Source: Octopus vulgaris
Taxonomy: Eukaryota
DNA length: 64,000 nucleotides
Direction: 5' to 3'
Assembly: GCA_951406725.2 (NCBI GenBank)
Contig: OX597826.1
Location: 81,282,001 to 81,346,000 of the forward strand
Made by a program: the position numbers and the translations under genes. Below are positions 63,270 to 64,000 of this stretch, one piece after another. Positions within the stretch are counted from its first letter, which is position 1, and every line of letters begins with the position of its first letter. Under the pieces are notes generated by a model. The model searched no databases. It worked only from the letters and a program-made list of their open reading frames with translations, and was not told where the DNA came from.

Positions 63270-64000
63270 ATCATCATTTAATGTCCTTTTTCCATACTAG
63301 CATGGGTTGGGTGGTTCGACTGGGGTCTCGGAAGCCAGATGCTGCACCAGGCTCCAGTCTGATCTGGCAGTATTCCTATTGCCAACCACTGCGTGAGTGT
63401 AGTAGGTGCCTTTTATGTGCCACCAGCACAGGGGCCAGAGGAGGCTGGCAACAGCCATGATCAGTTGGTGCTTTTTATGTGCCACTGGCACGGAAGCCAG
63501 TCAAGGCAGCACTGGCATCAGCCACGTTCGGATGGTGCTTTTTATGTGCCACTGGCACAGGTATCACAACTACAATTTCCATTTGATTTTCATTTTTATG
63601 TTGATGTACTTGACTCAATAGGTCTCCTCAAGTACAGCAGGTCACCCTATGATCCAAGGTACTTTTGAATGGGCTGGGGCTGGTTATGTGAAACTGGTGT
63701 AGGATATAACCATGAACTCACTTTATTTGCCGGGACTTCACAGACACAGCATATCTCCAGAGGTCTCGGTCTTTCATTATTGCCTCTGTGAGGCCCAACG
63801 TTCAAAGGTCATGCTTGACCACCTCACCCCATGTCTTCCTGGGTCTGCCTCTACCCTGAATTCCTTCAACTGTTTGGGAGTGGCACTTCTTCACACATCT
63901 CTCCTCATCCATCTGTAGTACATGAGCGTACAAACATCCTCTCTTGCACACCACATCTGATGCTTCTTATGTCTAACATTTCTCTCAGGGCACTTACACA
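63270..64000 (-). mobile_element. RTE 3' region continuing off the window
   Basis: Homologous to 55935-56590. Confidence 0.85.

Overview
AT-rich animal DNA, inferred to be octopus from the repeat families and the [10 protein letters not shown]-type fingers. The window holds a cluster of six paralogous C2H2 zinc-finger genes with no effector domain: three on the minus strand (ZNF1-3) and three on the plus strand (ZNF4-6), arranged head-to-head. They appear to share one architecture: a non-coding first exon, an intron of about 1.2-5.7 kb, a single coding exon and, in five of six, a conserved ~250-bp downstream module. Around them lie a 160-bp satellite array, microsatellites and many transposon remnants (RTE, CR1/L2, Penelope, Gypsy-like, mariner/Tc1, Tigger, Merlin, Helitron, MITEs, tRNA-derived SINEs) plus a tRNA-Ala pseudogene. 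Most notable: patchwork gene conversion between paralogs, a shared N-terminal finger core with variable C-terminal fingers, repeated loss of the terminal finger (opposite frameshifts in the same G-run), and two degenerate minimal hammerhead ribozyme motifs. All comparisons were made by eye, so repeat boundaries are approximate.
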